In this document: in pieces, positions 47,660 to 59,088 of the stretch
Layout: each line of letters opens with the position of its first letter
Numbering within the stretch: the stretch's first letter is position 1
Assembly: GCA_963796275.1 (NCBI GenBank)
Contig: CAWCKY010000004.1
Coordinates: 1,577,431-1,641,430, forward strand
Length of the DNA: 64,000 nucleotides
Direction: 5' to 3'
From: an uncultured Acidobacteriota bacterium
GTDB taxonomy: Bacteria; Acidobacteriota; Blastocatellia; RBC074
The notes under the pieces: generated by a model
The model's input: only the letters and a program-made list of their open reading frames with translations
The model's database searches: none
What the model was told of the DNA's origin: nothing
Program-made: the position numbers and the translations under genes

Positions 47660-49005
47660 AATGTCAAATCATCTCAGCGGAACGCAGGCAGATGCAGTGA
47701 GTGAAGCACAGTTCATAAGAATTGATCCGCGAGATTTTATCGGCTCTCCATTCTGGCCCTGCCCTAACTGTGGACAAAAGGAATTCGGAGTGCTGGGGAT
47801 ATATGAGACTAGATATATGGCGTTGCCGTGCCTGCTGGCGAACGCAACATTTTGGACTTCCCCAGGTCACAAAGAAGGTGATCTACTTAGACCAGAACGC
47901 GATCAGCAATATGATGAAAGCGCTCAATCCGAAGACCGACGCTCATCGAGACGGTCGAGTAGATCCATTTTGGCAAACACTCTTTGAGAAGCTCGACACA
48001 CTGGTCACCCTCCAATTGATCATTTGCCCCGACTCTCTCACCCACAGTAATGAGTCTCGGGTCTCTACCTATTTCCAGGCGCTGCAGAGAATGTATGAGC
48101 AACTCTCTCATGGAGTCACGTTTCACGATCCCGATACGATCGAAAGATTCCAGATATTTGAGCACCTGGAAAATGTATTCGCTGGCTCGCCGAACGCTCC
48201 GTCGAAGCTCGATGTGCATTCGGTCGTTTCCGGAAAAATCAATGTCTGGACCGATCGAATAATAGTCACAGCTTCAACCGAGTGGAAACCTGAATGGGTC
48301 GAAGACCTGCGACAGTTCCGAGACCAGATATCCACAGCGATCGAGGAGATTTTTCGACGCTGGCAAACAGAGAAGGGGCGAACTTTCAAAGATTGGGTCG
48401 AGGAGGAGGTTGCCGGATTCGGAACCTCAACTGTGGCACAGGCCGCAAACTTCATCACAGTTTTACGAGAAACCCTCGCTGGGCAGCGAGACCCGGATCC
48501 GAATATCAATCCACTTCTGCCGCCAGCGTCGGTTATACTTGTTAACACCATATGTGAACGTCTACGTAGATCTGGCATGGCAGCAGAGAGCGTCTACCCA
48601 ACAGCAGTTGGCTATCTAACATCTGCAGGAATGAAGGAGATTCCATTCCTCAAAATCCGCTCGATGTTGTGGGCATCGGTCGCCAGAAAAGCGGCGAATG
48701 GAGGGAAGCGACCGCCTTCACGCGGGATGAGTAATGATATCAAAACAATTTCAACGATTCTGCCCTACTGCGATGCGATGTTCGTTGATAAAGAGTGCTG
48801 GACCTATCTAAACGAAGAGCCTTTGCGCTCGGAATTGAAGTTCGGGACAAAACTATTCTCTTTAAACAACAAGCAAGAGTTTCTAGACTATCTGGACTCA
48901 ATCATCGCCAGCACCACGCCTGAGCACCTGGCTACGGTTCATACAGTCTACGGCGAGAATTGCCTCATCCCGTATACTTCTATCTATAGCAAGGAAAACC
49001 TGTAA
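47660..49005 (+). CDS. Zn-ribbon + PIN-like domain protein (frameshift near 47820)
   Basis: CPNCG and CRAC in adjacent frames; VIYLDQNAIS, H..ES and NDI..ILPYCDAMFVD. Confidence 0.6.
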
Positions 49006-49482
49006 ACCTCAGAGTCTGCAATATTGCTCCACGTTGAGCTAAGATCAAAATGTAAGATTTAGCTTTAAATTCTGGCCATTGTGTAGCGAATGGGGCTGTT
49101 TGGGCCGCTTTCAAACTAAATCTTTAGTAGATTACCCTCATAAGACAAGGTCTGACGGGATGGCCACCGCGCCGCTCCCTTTCCGGATCGCCTAACTGGT
49201 TGCGGTTGCCTCGATCACTTTGCAGATGTCCGTCAGCATCCAGGCAGAGGGTATCATTCACTTCCTGATATTCGGCAATCCCCGTCTTGATACAGGCAAT
49301 GGCTGACCGGCACCAAGAGAATCGTCAGCTCGGCCTCTATAGCGGCGTTCAATAAAGGCGGCAGTTCATGCTCGACAATGAAGTCGGAGGCTAGAAAATT
49401 CTGACTGACCAGCAGTAGTGCGACTTTGGCGGCCAGTTATTTAGTAGCAGCAAACGCGAATGCCATATCTCAAGGAGGACGC

Positions 49483-50304
49483 ATGGACAAGATAGATTTT
49501 CCCGGTCTCTTGAAATCGATAGGCGAGGAGCTTCAAGCCAGAGTCGACAGAGCGTCGATTTATAAACACCCATCCGGTGTTGGCGATGCCAGAGAAGACG
49601 TGGTGCGAGAGTATCTTCAGCAGGTCCTGTCGCCAAGGTTTATAGTAGATCGTGGGAAAATCTTCGATAGTGATGGAAATTTGTCGCGTGAGTTCGATGT
49701 CATTATTTCTGAGAAGAATGACGTTGCACCAGCGATGAGTCTAGCTAGCCGCAGGATCGTACCCATTGAGGCCGTTTACGGGATCATAGAAGTCAAGTCA
49801 TCCTTGAAGAGAATTGAGTACGAGACTTTTATCAATGCCGTCAATGAACTGAATGGAATGCGCCGTTATTACCTTCCTCTCGATCAGACATTTGATCCCG
49901 TCACTCTGCAGAAATTGCAAAATGGAGTAGGACCTCAAGACGATCTGCCAAATGGAGTGGGATGGATATGGAGCGGGATCATTGCTTTCGATGCACCACA
50001 GGGGGAGGCGTTGTGTGACTATCTGGCCTCATGCTGCAAGGGCTTTTGGTTCATCTGTGTCCCCGACAGAGAACTGGTGACGATGTCATTCAATCCTCAA
50101 GGTTTCAGGGGCATCCCCTTCGGCTCCAGATCTTTGCCGTTGACGATCTGGGTGATCATGGACTTGGTTTCACAGAACATACGTCCCAAATCATTTGCAC
50201 CGGATTTTTCCCGCTACCGAAGTCAAATGTTGAAAGCTCTCGGCGACCACGTAGGCTGGGAATGCAAATTCCTTCCGGATCAGCCACAAGAAGAAAGTAA
50301 TTGA
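49483..50304 (+). CDS. DUF6602/NucC-like restriction-fold nuclease
   Basis: HPSGVGDARE, SREFDVII and PIEAVYGIIEVKS. Confidence 0.8.
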   Translation: MDKIDFPGLLKSIGEELQARVDRASIYKHPSGVGDAREDVVREYLQQVLSPRFIVDRGKIFDSDGNLSREFDVIISEKNDVAPAMSLASRRIVPIEAVYGIIEVKSSLKRIEYETFINAVNELNGMRRYYLPLDQTFDPVTLQKLQNGVGPQDDLPNGVGWIWSGIIAFDAPQGEALCDYLASCCKGFWFICVPDRELVTMSFNPQGFRGIPFGSRSLPLTIWVIMDLVSQNIRPKSFAPDFSRYRSQMLKALGDHVGWECKFLPDQPQEESN

Positions 50305-50398
50305 TAGATTCAGCGTTTACCACAAGAGACAAAGTCTATAAGGTCCCATCAAAAATGGTCGAGCCCTGATATTTGTGGCCCCCATACCAACAAAGAGA

Positions 50399-50446
50399 TT
50401 GACAGACATTTCGACATCTTCTACATTGTAGACTCTACATAGTAGA
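50399..50446 (+). promoter_or_regulatory. Promoter with tandem palindromic operator
   Basis: TTGACA-17 nt-TACATT overlapped by TCTACATTGTAGA (50420-50432) and TCTACATAGTAGA (50434-50446). Confidence 0.7.
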
Positions 50447-50491
50447 CTACATCCATATCAACGATATGGCGTTTCAGAAAGGACCGGACGA

Positions 50492-50824
50492 ATGAAAGGA
50501 ACGAATTTACACATTGGGGACTTTGAAGAGATCGTGCTTCTGGCGATTTTACGACTTCAGGACAATGCTCACGGATCTGCAGTGCGCGAGTTGCTTGAAG
50601 AGGCCACCAGCCGATCCATATCTGTTGGTGCATTTTACACCACGATCAATCGGCTTGAACAAAAGGGTCTGATTCACTCTCGGACTGGGGAAGGCGCTCC
50701 CGAACGGGGAGGCCGAGCTAGGCGATACTTTGAACTTGATGGACCTGGCAAGGAAGCTCTTAAGCAAGCCGACGGGGTCCGAAAGCAGTTGGTCCCCAAA
50801 CTAGCAACTGCACTTAAGTCATAG
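50492..50824 (+). CDS. PadR-family regulator
   Basis: IGDFEEIVLLAILRL, GAFYTTINRLEQKG and ERGGRARRYF. Confidence 0.9.
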   Translation: MKGTNLHIGDFEEIVLLAILRLQDNAHGSAVRELLEEATSRSISVGAFYTTINRLEQKGLIHSRTGEGAPERGGRARRYFELDGPGKEALKQADGVRKQLVPKLATALKS

Positions 50825-50838
50825 AGGTCAAACAAAAT

Positions 50839-51399
50839 ATGGTAGTTAAAACGATCAGCCAATATATCGCCGAACAAAGAGAGCGGTTCAAAGAATATCA
50901 GGCTAAGAAATTCGAACACTGGATGAGTGGATTCTTCATTTGTTCATTACTTTATGCTGGAAGTCGTGTAATGAAGAAACCAGGTTCCGATGAGCCCCTC
51001 ATCGAACAGGATTGGCGCCATCGGCTGGTCTTCTCCTTGATGTTCGCGATGATGTTTGGAAATTTGTTGATCATTTCTCCGGTTGTGTTCTTTCATATCT
51101 GCGTCAACGCCGTCAGTACAATCTTTGCGATACTGTGGGGCGGGTCAACGAAGCCGCCGCATGCCTTCGATTGGCTGCTTTTCCTCTTCTTCCTCCCCAA
51201 AAGAGACCGTGAAACGATTCTCGGCGACCTCGAAGAATCATTCCCCAAATGGATCATGGAGCGCGGGGTGTTTCGCGCAAATCTCCGATACATGTACGAG
51301 ATCATCACAGCAATCTTACCGGTGCTGTTCAGATTTTTAGATGCGATTGGCGTGATGCGCTTGATAAAAGAAGTTATACGAAGGAATTGGCACCAATAG
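50839..51399 (+). CDS. Membrane protein with permease-prefix-like motif
   Basis: Hydrophobic segments followed by PP..DWLL..RETILGDLEESF; 14 nt after padR. Confidence 0.65.
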   Translation: MVVKTISQYIAEQRERFKEYQAKKFEHWMSGFFICSLLYAGSRVMKKPGSDEPLIEQDWRHRLVFSLMFAMMFGNLLIISPVVFFHICVNAVSTIFAILWGGSTKPPHAFDWLLFLFFLPKRDRETILGDLEESFPKWIMERGVFRANLRYMYEIITAILPVLFRFLDAIGVMRLIKEVIRRNWHQ

Positions 51400-52148
51400 C
51401 GTCGGCGAAATGACCCAGGCTCTGTCATTCGGAGAAGTGCCCCACATCTCGAAGGTCATCAGTGAAATGTGACATCTATCCGAGGGGTGGAGTATTGGAG
51501 ACTTGTTGAAAAAGTCGGAAAGTCGGAGGAGACCAGCGCTCATATTCATTCGGCTTTCGAATCGTCCATCACCGCCGTGACTGCATGTATGACGATCGAT
51601 TCGGAGTGCTCAACCGCTCGGCCGAGGACCGGGGCGTGGCCTATGTTGGGGACCGCGATGGGGGCGAGAAATTTTTTGCAGAACTCAAAACCCAGTTCCC
51701 TCGTTCTATCAATGAATCAAACATGAATTCGGAGGACAACATGTTCACCAAACTTTTGATTGCGCCTGGACTCTGAAACCTGCCCGCGTTCAGCATCGCG
51801 GTAATTGCTTCCAAGCAGGCTTTGGGCATCTTGGGACTGTTCGCAGGTACGGAGAGTAGAAGCGGTCTATACCGCTTTACCCGTTCGCGATATGACAAGG
51901 CAGATATGCTGACAAGGTCGGTTGATCTCATCTCGATTTCAATCGGCCTTTGCTTTATGACAGACGAAGCCCTCGGCCGGTGACAAAGCAAACCGGCCGA
52001 GGACCAAGGCGCGCCTTCAATCGGCGACACAGACCGCTCAGATTCGCTTCGGAGAGGGAGTCCATCGCTGATCCGTCAGAGGATGACATGAGCTTGCAAA
52101 TGAAGAGCGGGAATAGCGGACGATACATAGTGGAGGTGGTGGTCTGAA

Positions 52149-53138
52149 TTGGAAGATCAAAGACGAGTCACTGAAGGAAATGATGAGACGCAACCGCCCG
52201 CCAATCACAGCAATGTTTGCGACTGCCTGACGGCTCCAGAGACTGATCGCGAGAGTACAATCGATATACTTGAGAGGATTCGAGTAGAGTGCCCCGCATT
52301 GCGTTCTTTGTTTTTGCCAGATGATATCTGGCCTGAGTTCAAAAGTCGGCAGCGGCACCCTGATACAGATGCAGGGCATCGATCCAGACTACTGCTGGCA
52401 CTGGAATGGGGTCGTCTAGCGCGACTCACGCGCCCAATCCACCGATATCTTATTGAAAACGGCAGGCTGCGATCGGATGTTCGCCAACAATATATGCAGG
52501 ATATACAAGAGAAGTGGATGCACTACGAAGAGCCTCTTGAGCGCCACCAAAAGTCAAAAATGTTCATAGGAAAGGTCACGGAACTGCAGTGCGCGGAATG
52601 GATCGAGACGCTCGGATGGACGATCGTCAGCCTCGACGCCCTGCGTGAGGGGGCGGACGTCGAAGCGACCAAGCCTGACTCGGGCGTAGTCACGACATTT
52701 GAAGTGAAGTCTATTGGCGTCGACGACGATGACTTCGAGATAATGATACGCAGCCTGATGGAAGGGCCATCTGGTGGGGCAAGCTGTCTATATGTTGCAA
52801 TCAACTACCTGATCTTTCGCATCTATCAAGCAGCAAAACAGCTTGAAAGCTTTAACGAGCCGCGGGTCGCTTTGGTGGTTATTGACGATGAGGCGTGGTG
52901 GCGATTCAGGCGTGGCTTGGAGGAGGGATGGCTCGACTTGGCCAATCCAGCCTTTTTCAATTGTCATCCGCATCCCAAATGGGAGGCACTCCTTCGAGGC
53001 CAAGCGGGGCGCTATCCGAATCTCGAAGTTGAATTGGCAGATATGGTAAGGCAACTCGACGCAGTGTGGATAATCAGACGACTACATGGTTATGAATACA
53101 ATTTGGAGTATGAGTTGCACCCATCAACGCCGACTTGA
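52149..53138 (+). CDS. Hypothetical protein, possible PD-(D/E)XK nuclease
   Basis: ELQCAEW...GADVEA...FEVKS spacing. Confidence 0.55.
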   Translation: MEDQRRVTEGNDETQPPANHSNVCDCLTAPETDRESTIDILERIRVECPALRSLFLPDDIWPEFKSRQRHPDTDAGHRSRLLLALEWGRLARLTRPIHRYLIENGRLRSDVRQQYMQDIQEKWMHYEEPLERHQKSKMFIGKVTELQCAEWIETLGWTIVSLDALREGADVEATKPDSGVVTTFEVKSIGVDDDDFEIMIRSLMEGPSGGASCLYVAINYLIFRIYQAAKQLESFNEPRVALVVIDDEAWWRFRRGLEEGWLDLANPAFFNCHPHPKWEALLRGQAGRYPNLEVELADMVRQLDAVWIIRRLHGYEYNLEYELHPSTPT

Positions 53139-53248
53139 TTCGACACTACCACCTACAAATTCATCTAAGCCGCTCTCCTCTCGTTCCCACCGATGCCGCC
53201 CTCCGGGTGCATCGGCGTAATTACTTCCCCCCTGCACTTCTGAATCAA

Positions 53249-53290
53249 TGGTCTTAAAGCGATGAGGGGTCGAATCCCTCACTCTCTGCC
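53249..53290 (+). other. Degenerate tRNA-Ser-like 3' fragment (possible att remnant)
   Basis: GAGGG-GTCGAAT-CCCTC T-arm followed by ACTCTCTGCC, about 125 nt from the integrase stop. Confidence 0.45.
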
Positions 53291-53414
53291 TCTTATTCTT
53301 CCTCTATAGCTGTGGATCCTGTGCATTATGCTCGATTTTCCGCAATGTTTACTATGACCGAAGTCAGACCAAACGCCAGGCGAGCGAGTCGTGTTTTTCG
53401 TGTTCGCATTTATT

Positions 53415-54470
53415 TTAATTGACCAGCTCCAACCGCTCCGGTTCGTTCTGCTGCCCGGTGAGCTCGGCCAGGCTCGAAGCGAGCTCCCATTCGCGCAACT
53501 GCTCGCGTTGCTTCTCGCGTACTTCTTCGGCCATTCGGCGTAGCGCATAAACGTACGTGGATCGGCGTGTCCACTGCGCTTCATTGCAAATTCCATTGTG
53601 CGGCCGCGCAGCAGTCCATAGGTAATACTGGTAGCGCGCAAATCGTGAAATCGCGTCGGTATGGTTATCTCGGCTTCTTTCAGCGCAGATTCCCAGCCGC
53701 GGTTGAAATTGTCCTTGATGCCGAACACTAGGCCGTCAACGTTCTGCGTGCTCCGCTCCCAGACGCGCCTCAACGCGGCAACGGTCAGCGGCTCGAGATC
53801 GATCGTACGCCTCTTGTTAGACTTGGCATTCATCGCAAGGATGCGTAGCTCACCACGCACGAGATCGATCTCACACCATTTCAACTTAAGAAGTTCACCG
53901 CGTCGGCATCCTGAATCGAGCGCGGTTAAATTCAGCGGGAATAGATGCTGGCGGTAATCGTTCTGGCAAGCCTCCAATAGTCTCCGCTGTTCGGCAGTCG
54001 ATAAGCAGCGCTCTCTCGCCACTTCCTGCGCCATTACGATTAAATTTTCACCCTTGCTGAATGGCGAGCGCACCACCCATTCTTTCTGAATGACATAGGT
54101 GAAAGCGCCCGACAACCTAGCCAAGATACGGTGAACGTCGCCAATGCTACGCTCGCGTGTCGTAGTGACGACGCCCGCTTTGTTCTTGAAGACAACCGGC
54201 CGGCCGAGCAGATCATCACGAAAGTTTTCGATGTCGGCATAGGTGATGGTGCGAATGCGTTTCTTGCCGAAATGTACAGTACAGATTTTTAGGCGACGTC
54301 GTGCATCCTTCCAGTCGCGCATTCCCTTCACCTTTTTTTCATTGCGATACTCTGCCGGCACGAGGCGCTTTGCTTCGTACTCTGCAGCCAACTGCAGGAA
54401 GGTGATTTTGCTGGCGTCGAGATAAGCTTCGCCTTGTGAGTCGAGCTCCGCTAGCAAGCTTGGCTTGGGA
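53415..54470 (-). pseudogene. Tyrosine integrase, 5'-truncated paralog of 32567-33742
   Basis: GCRRGE, FHDLRAT, SGH..TFMRY; LVPAEYRNEKKVKGMR matches LIPPEYVNGRKVAGKR; N-terminus lost next to a palindrome. Confidence 0.85.
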
Positions 54471-54499
54471 TGCCGCTGGTGATTTCGTTTTGGACAGCA

Positions 54500-54585
54500 A
54501 ATCAGTACCGCGAGCGGTAGCGAGCGTGGCTCTCGCAAAGGATTTACGCCGGAAGTCACGCTCGCTACCGCTCGCGGTACTGATT
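54500..54585. repeat. REP/REPIN-like palindrome
   Basis: Perfect 29-bp inverted repeat AATCAGTACCGCGAGCGGTAGCGAGCGTG with a 28-nt spacer. Confidence 0.85.
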
Positions 54586-54650
54586 CGCCAGCAGTATCGC
54601 AAGCCTCCGTACTCCGTAGCGATTCATTCAAATCGGCGTGCGATTCTGGC

Positions 54651-54740
54651 TTACACCCGGCACTTACATTCCTTCACGCCGTGTTCGTCAATGAATAGCC
54701 ACCCCAAATCGTGACACTCATTGCATAGTGGGATACAACG
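54651..54740 (-). pseudogene. Zn-finger remnant resembling the N-terminus of DnaC/IstB-like helicase loaders
   Basis: CNECHDLGWLFIDEHGVKECKCR. Confidence 0.4.
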
Positions 54741-55196
54741 TTCTTCGATGCAACGCATGGACGCAGTCATGATCCTCCTTAATCTCCACAGATCATTATT
54801 CAGCAGCCTGCCGATGGGGCAGTCGCTGCCATCCACTTCTTTTTCTCAAGCAAGTGCTAGATAAGATATTGCTCAAATTTAACAAGTCTTAAAGAAACGA
54901 CGGAGTTGAGAGAAGATATCTTATGATCACATTGCAAATTGCGCCCGAGCAGCCAATGGTTTAGGCGTCATAATTGAAATAGAACTATGATTGGCTCTTC
55001 TGAGTGCAAATCTGTTGGCAAGGACGTATGAAATTATGAAAAATTTCGGTAGAAGATGTGGGAGTTTGCGGCCGCCAAGCACCCGCATTCCAGCCGCTGG
55101 AATTGGAATGAACTTTTGAAATGCAAGGATGATCCAACGATCAAATCGCTATTTGGATGGTAATTGCATTTTAGGAGCAGAAAGGTTGAAGGAATT

Positions 55197-55637
55197 ATGG
55201 GTGTGTTTTTAAAAGAAGCTATCAAGGAAGCACAACTTGGTCTAACCCAGGGTGGGATTCCAATTGGGTCGGTACTTGTAATCGATAACAAGATCGTGAG
55301 TCGCGGCCACAACCGTAGGGTTCAAAAAAATAGCGCCATTTTGCATGCGGAGATGGACTGCATTGAGAATGCAGGTCGATTAACGCCAGCAGACTACCTC
55401 CGAGCGACGCTTTACTCCACCTTGTCTCCTTGCGATATGTGCAGTGGGGCTTCGCTACTCTACAAGATTCCGCGAATTGTGATTGGCGAGAATGTCAATT
55501 TTCAAGGACCTGAAGACTACGTTCGTAATAGAGGCGTCGAATTGACTATTGCCGATGATCCTGAATGCATAGAAATGATGGCACGATTCATCAAAGAGCA
55601 TCCCTCAGTGTGGAATGAAGATATCGGCAAACAATAG
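55197..55637 (+). CDS. Cytosine/nucleoside deaminase (yeast FCY1-like)
   Basis: GGIPIGSVL, LHAEMDC, LSPCDMCSG and WNEDIG. Confidence 0.9.
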   Translation: MGVFLKEAIKEAQLGLTQGGIPIGSVLVIDNKIVSRGHNRRVQKNSAILHAEMDCIENAGRLTPADYLRATLYSTLSPCDMCSGASLLYKIPRIVIGENVNFQGPEDYVRNRGVELTIADDPECIEMMARFIKEHPSVWNEDIGKQ

Positions 55638-55879
55638 GTCGTAATCTAACGAGGTCGACAAAGCCGGTCTATAAATTTCACGACAGTCTTTGACAATGAG
55701 TCAATCTCAGTGCTTTTATTTCTACTTGTCGATGTCAAAAACTACAACTTGAACCTCCTGGCACCGATTTAGGATTCGTATGCTGCCCAATTCTATTCGT
55801 GGGATCGAATTGTATCGGGTCCAGCCGAGGCCAAATTGGTTGGTAGACACACTTCGAACCGTCGAAATCGCAAAAATTA

Positions 55880-56370
55880 TATCGCGCACTTAGAGCGATC
55901 CCAGAAGTGGTAAAAGCCGCCGCCGCTAAGCCACTCGGCGATAGCGATGATGGAGGCCGCCGACTTGGGGGAGATGACCTGGCCTTTTTGACTGAGGTTC
56001 GACTTCTCGTTTATGTGGGGAGTTGTGAGCTAACGACTGATGCGGTCTGGCCTCGTGATAATAATAGAATATTCGGACAAAATATGACGTAAGTGATTTT
56101 CATTGATGATGATCAGGTGGTCCAGACACTCTCTCCGGATACTGCCGATGACCCGTTCGGGAAAAGGATTTTGAAAGATGCCGAAGGGCTGTGACCACCT
56201 GTTCGATCCCCATACCTTCAACGCGGTCTTGGAAATACTCGCAGTAAATGCTGTCGCGATCGAGCAGCAAGTATTTGGGAGCCTCATCATCGGGAAAGGC
56301 TTCGATGATCTGCTGCGCAGTCCATTCGGCGGTCGGATTGGTCGTTACGGTGAAAGCACGATCTGCCGCT
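55880..56370 (-). pseudogene. rve/integrase-core transposase remnant
   Basis: QNPFPERVIGSIRRECLDHLIIINENHLRHIL; fragmented. Confidence 0.75.
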
Positions 56371-56417
56371 GATCATGAAGCGCCACGATCTCAGTCGTTT
56401 GATGGAGATGCCACACT

Positions 56418-57392
56418 ATGAAAAATCGGGTATTCGCACCCACTTTCCTCTTCATCCTCGCGGCCTGCGCCGCCATTGCCGTTTTGGGACAACGAGAGTC
56501 GCCTGCTCCTTTTGACGAGATGGATAAGGTGGTGAGGAGTCAGGGCGGATGGGCGTTTAACACCGAGTCTCTGGTGAAACTGTTCAATATCGAGCGCAAG
56601 AGGCTTGGAGACCAGTTCGAACAGGAGCTGATGAAATATCTGGGGCAGGACCTGGAGAAACATTATTGGATATCTACATTTCTGGAGGCGGAATATTATC
56701 TGCGGGGAGCGACGCCTCTTCCTCAACTCTCGCTGCTTATCAAACATCAGTCCCTCGCGCTCCTCGAAGGGAAAGAGGATTTCGCGAGCCTCTCGAATGT
56801 AATGCGATTCAGCGTGTCGGCGGCTGTGCTGAGCGAACGGCTCGGGTTCTACCAGTTAGCGGTCTCCCACAAGATGCGTGCTGAACGGCTGGTTCTGAAG
56901 AATCCGGATCTTAAAACCTCCATACCTGCCATTACTGTAGAGGAGCACCAGCTTTATGAAGCGCTTCCCATCTCGTACACAGAGCCGGATGAGAAGAGAT
57001 TGCAACTGGCGAAAAAGGCGGATGAGGCGGTGAGGACTGGTAGGCCGAGCCAACCTTCCGGAGTCAAGCCCGCCGTCCCGATACCGACCCCGAGCCCGAG
57101 CCCGAAAACAATCCAGGTAACGAGCGAACTGTTGAAGAGCAAGGCCATCAAGAAGGTTCAACCGTCATATCCCCCAGAGGCAAAAAAGGCCCGGGTCTCG
57201 GGAACGGTTAAAATTCAGGTACTGGTCTCCGAGGAAGGGAGAGTGATCAAGGCGACCTTCATTGAAGGCCCAGAACCGCTCAGCGAAGCCTCGCTCGATG
57301 CGGCCCGCCGGTGGGAGTTCAAACCCACCATGCTTAACGACGTACTCGTCAAAGTATCAGGCATACTGACTTTCAGTTTCACGCTGCGGTAA
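56418..57392 (+). CDS. TonB C-terminal-domain protein with N-terminal extension
   Basis: Signal peptide, Pro-rich linker and KKVQPSYPPEAK..VSGTV...AARRWEFKP. Confidence 0.85.
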   Translation: MKNRVFAPTFLFILAACAAIAVLGQRESPAPFDEMDKVVRSQGGWAFNTESLVKLFNIERKRLGDQFEQELMKYLGQDLEKHYWISTFLEAEYYLRGATPLPQLSLLIKHQSLALLEGKEDFASLSNVMRFSVSAAVLSERLGFYQLAVSHKMRAERLVLKNPDLKTSIPAITVEEHQLYEALPISYTEPDEKRLQLAKKADEAVRTGRPSQPSGVKPAVPIPTPSPSPKTIQVTSELLKSKAIKKVQPSYPPEAKKARVSGTVKIQVLVSEEGRVIKATFIEGPEPLSEASLDAARRWEFKPTMLNDVLVKVSGILTFSFTLR

Positions 57393-57653
57393 CGAAATGG
57401 CTAGTGAGATGTTATTGCCAAAATCTGGCATGATCTTTAAGCCCACATTGAGGTCTACCGCGATAAATACTGCAAAAAGCGAGGCAGGCGAAAAATCGCC
57501 ATGTGTGTGCCGAAGACGTGGGGGGACGATCAGAGAAACAGATAAAGAAGTTTTGCGTGAAATTATCGATGACGAAGAATATTGTGGATATTAGCCCAAC
57601 TCCCTGCAGATGCGATAGCTGCTTCCCCTTCCTTTCCTTTGAACAACTGTCAG

Positions 57654-59088
57654 TTATGCAACATCATCTTTTTTCGCACGTCTAAGCCGTGTCAGTGCGC
57701 GCCTCTTCCAGTTGGCAAGCCCTGCCCTTCCTAATCCGAGCCTCTGCGCCGCTCTGGTGTTATTCCCTCTAAATTCCTCTAAGACCAATCGAACGATCTC
57801 CAATCCATGCCGATCCAAGTGCTGTTGCAAAGTCTCCTCATCGTTCAACACGCCTGAGTATTCGATCCGACCTATTGCCCTCGATCCATCCAATATCTCG
57901 GGCGGCAAGTGAGTAGTCGTAATGACTTCACTATCTTCCAGCGTAATGGCGTGTTCTATGGCGTGAAGCAACTCGCGCACATTGCCTGGCCATAGGTATC
58001 GACGGAAGAGCTCGATTACTTCCTGGGCCAAACCCTTCACCCGCCGGTTCATTTTCTTGTTGAACTCCTCAATGAAGTGATCGGCGATCAGAAAGATATC
58101 ATTGCCTCGTTCGCGCAATGGCGGCAGTTTGATGGTGTAGCCTGTTAAGCGGTAAAAGAGGTCTTCCCGGAATCTCCTGGCATCGACCTCGTCACGAAGA
58201 TCGCGGTTCGAAGCCGCAATCACGTGTGCGTCAAAAGCGACCTCTCCTTCTCCACCGACTCGCCGAAATGTGCGCTCTTCTAGGGCGCGCAGCAGTCTGG
58301 ATTGTAATGGCAGGCTCATCTCCCCGATCTCATCGAGGAAGATCGTTCCGCCTTTGGCCTGCTCGAAGAGGCCCGCCTTCCGTTTTTTGGCATCGGTGAA
58401 GGCCCCCTGCTCGTGACCGAACAACTCGCTCTCAATCAGAGATTCCGGGACCGCCGCGCAATTGATCGCGACGAAAGGCTTTCCGGCGCGGGGCGAGCTA
58501 TAATGAAGTTCCCTGGCGATCAACTCCTTTCCGGTTCCACTCTCACCCAAAATAAGCACTGACGAGGGTATCTCGCTCGATGATTCTTAAAACGATCTCG
58601 CTGAGTTTTTTGATATATTCCGACTCGCCTCTTAATCCCTTTATAGCTGGCGCCGCGATGGCCCTCCCCGTCAGATGAGGCAATACTCCCAACCTCGCCT
58701 GCAGATCGAGTCGATCGATCAGGTAGGCAGCCATGAGCGCAGTATCGTCCGCCTCCTGCCAGTTCGGCACGCTCGCCGACGAGCTCATGGTCGCTAAAAT
58801 CCGCGTTTCCCCGATCTCGACAGCGACGTCGCACTTATGGATATTTCCCGTCACTGCATCGGCGAAGGTGAAATCCCGTTGTCGTTTGCCGCAGATCAGT
58901 TTAACTGCGCATATAATGATTCCCTTCTCCTCCTCGATCTCCCTGAGAGCGTTGAGCACATCTTCGGCTGTCCGCGCCCGCGCCATTTTTCTGAATAGGC
59001 GCTCATCACACACACGATCCATAGTGTGCGGAAGGACGTGTAATGAAGCCCTGTTCGATTGCGATCGACGGGAGTAGTCCGATGACAT
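57654..59088 (-). CDS. Sigma54-dependent enhancer-binding protein with atypical N-terminal domain (one frameshift near 58560)
   Basis: [37 protein letters not shown] and [11 protein letters not shown]. Confidence 0.88.

Noticed and set aside
49483-50304. CBASS system
   Set aside because: NucC-like gene only; no cyclase in the window.
51498-51776. IS5/IS1182-like terminus (GAGACTTGTTGAAAAAGTC) and small ORFs
   Set aside because: No matching second end or transposase; too weak to call.
54470-54631. Novel N-terminal domain on the second integrase
   Set aside because: It is the translation of the REP-like palindrome.
57410-57445. Sigma54 promoter downstream of the activator
   Set aside because: TGGCATG is present but the -12 TTGC is missing.
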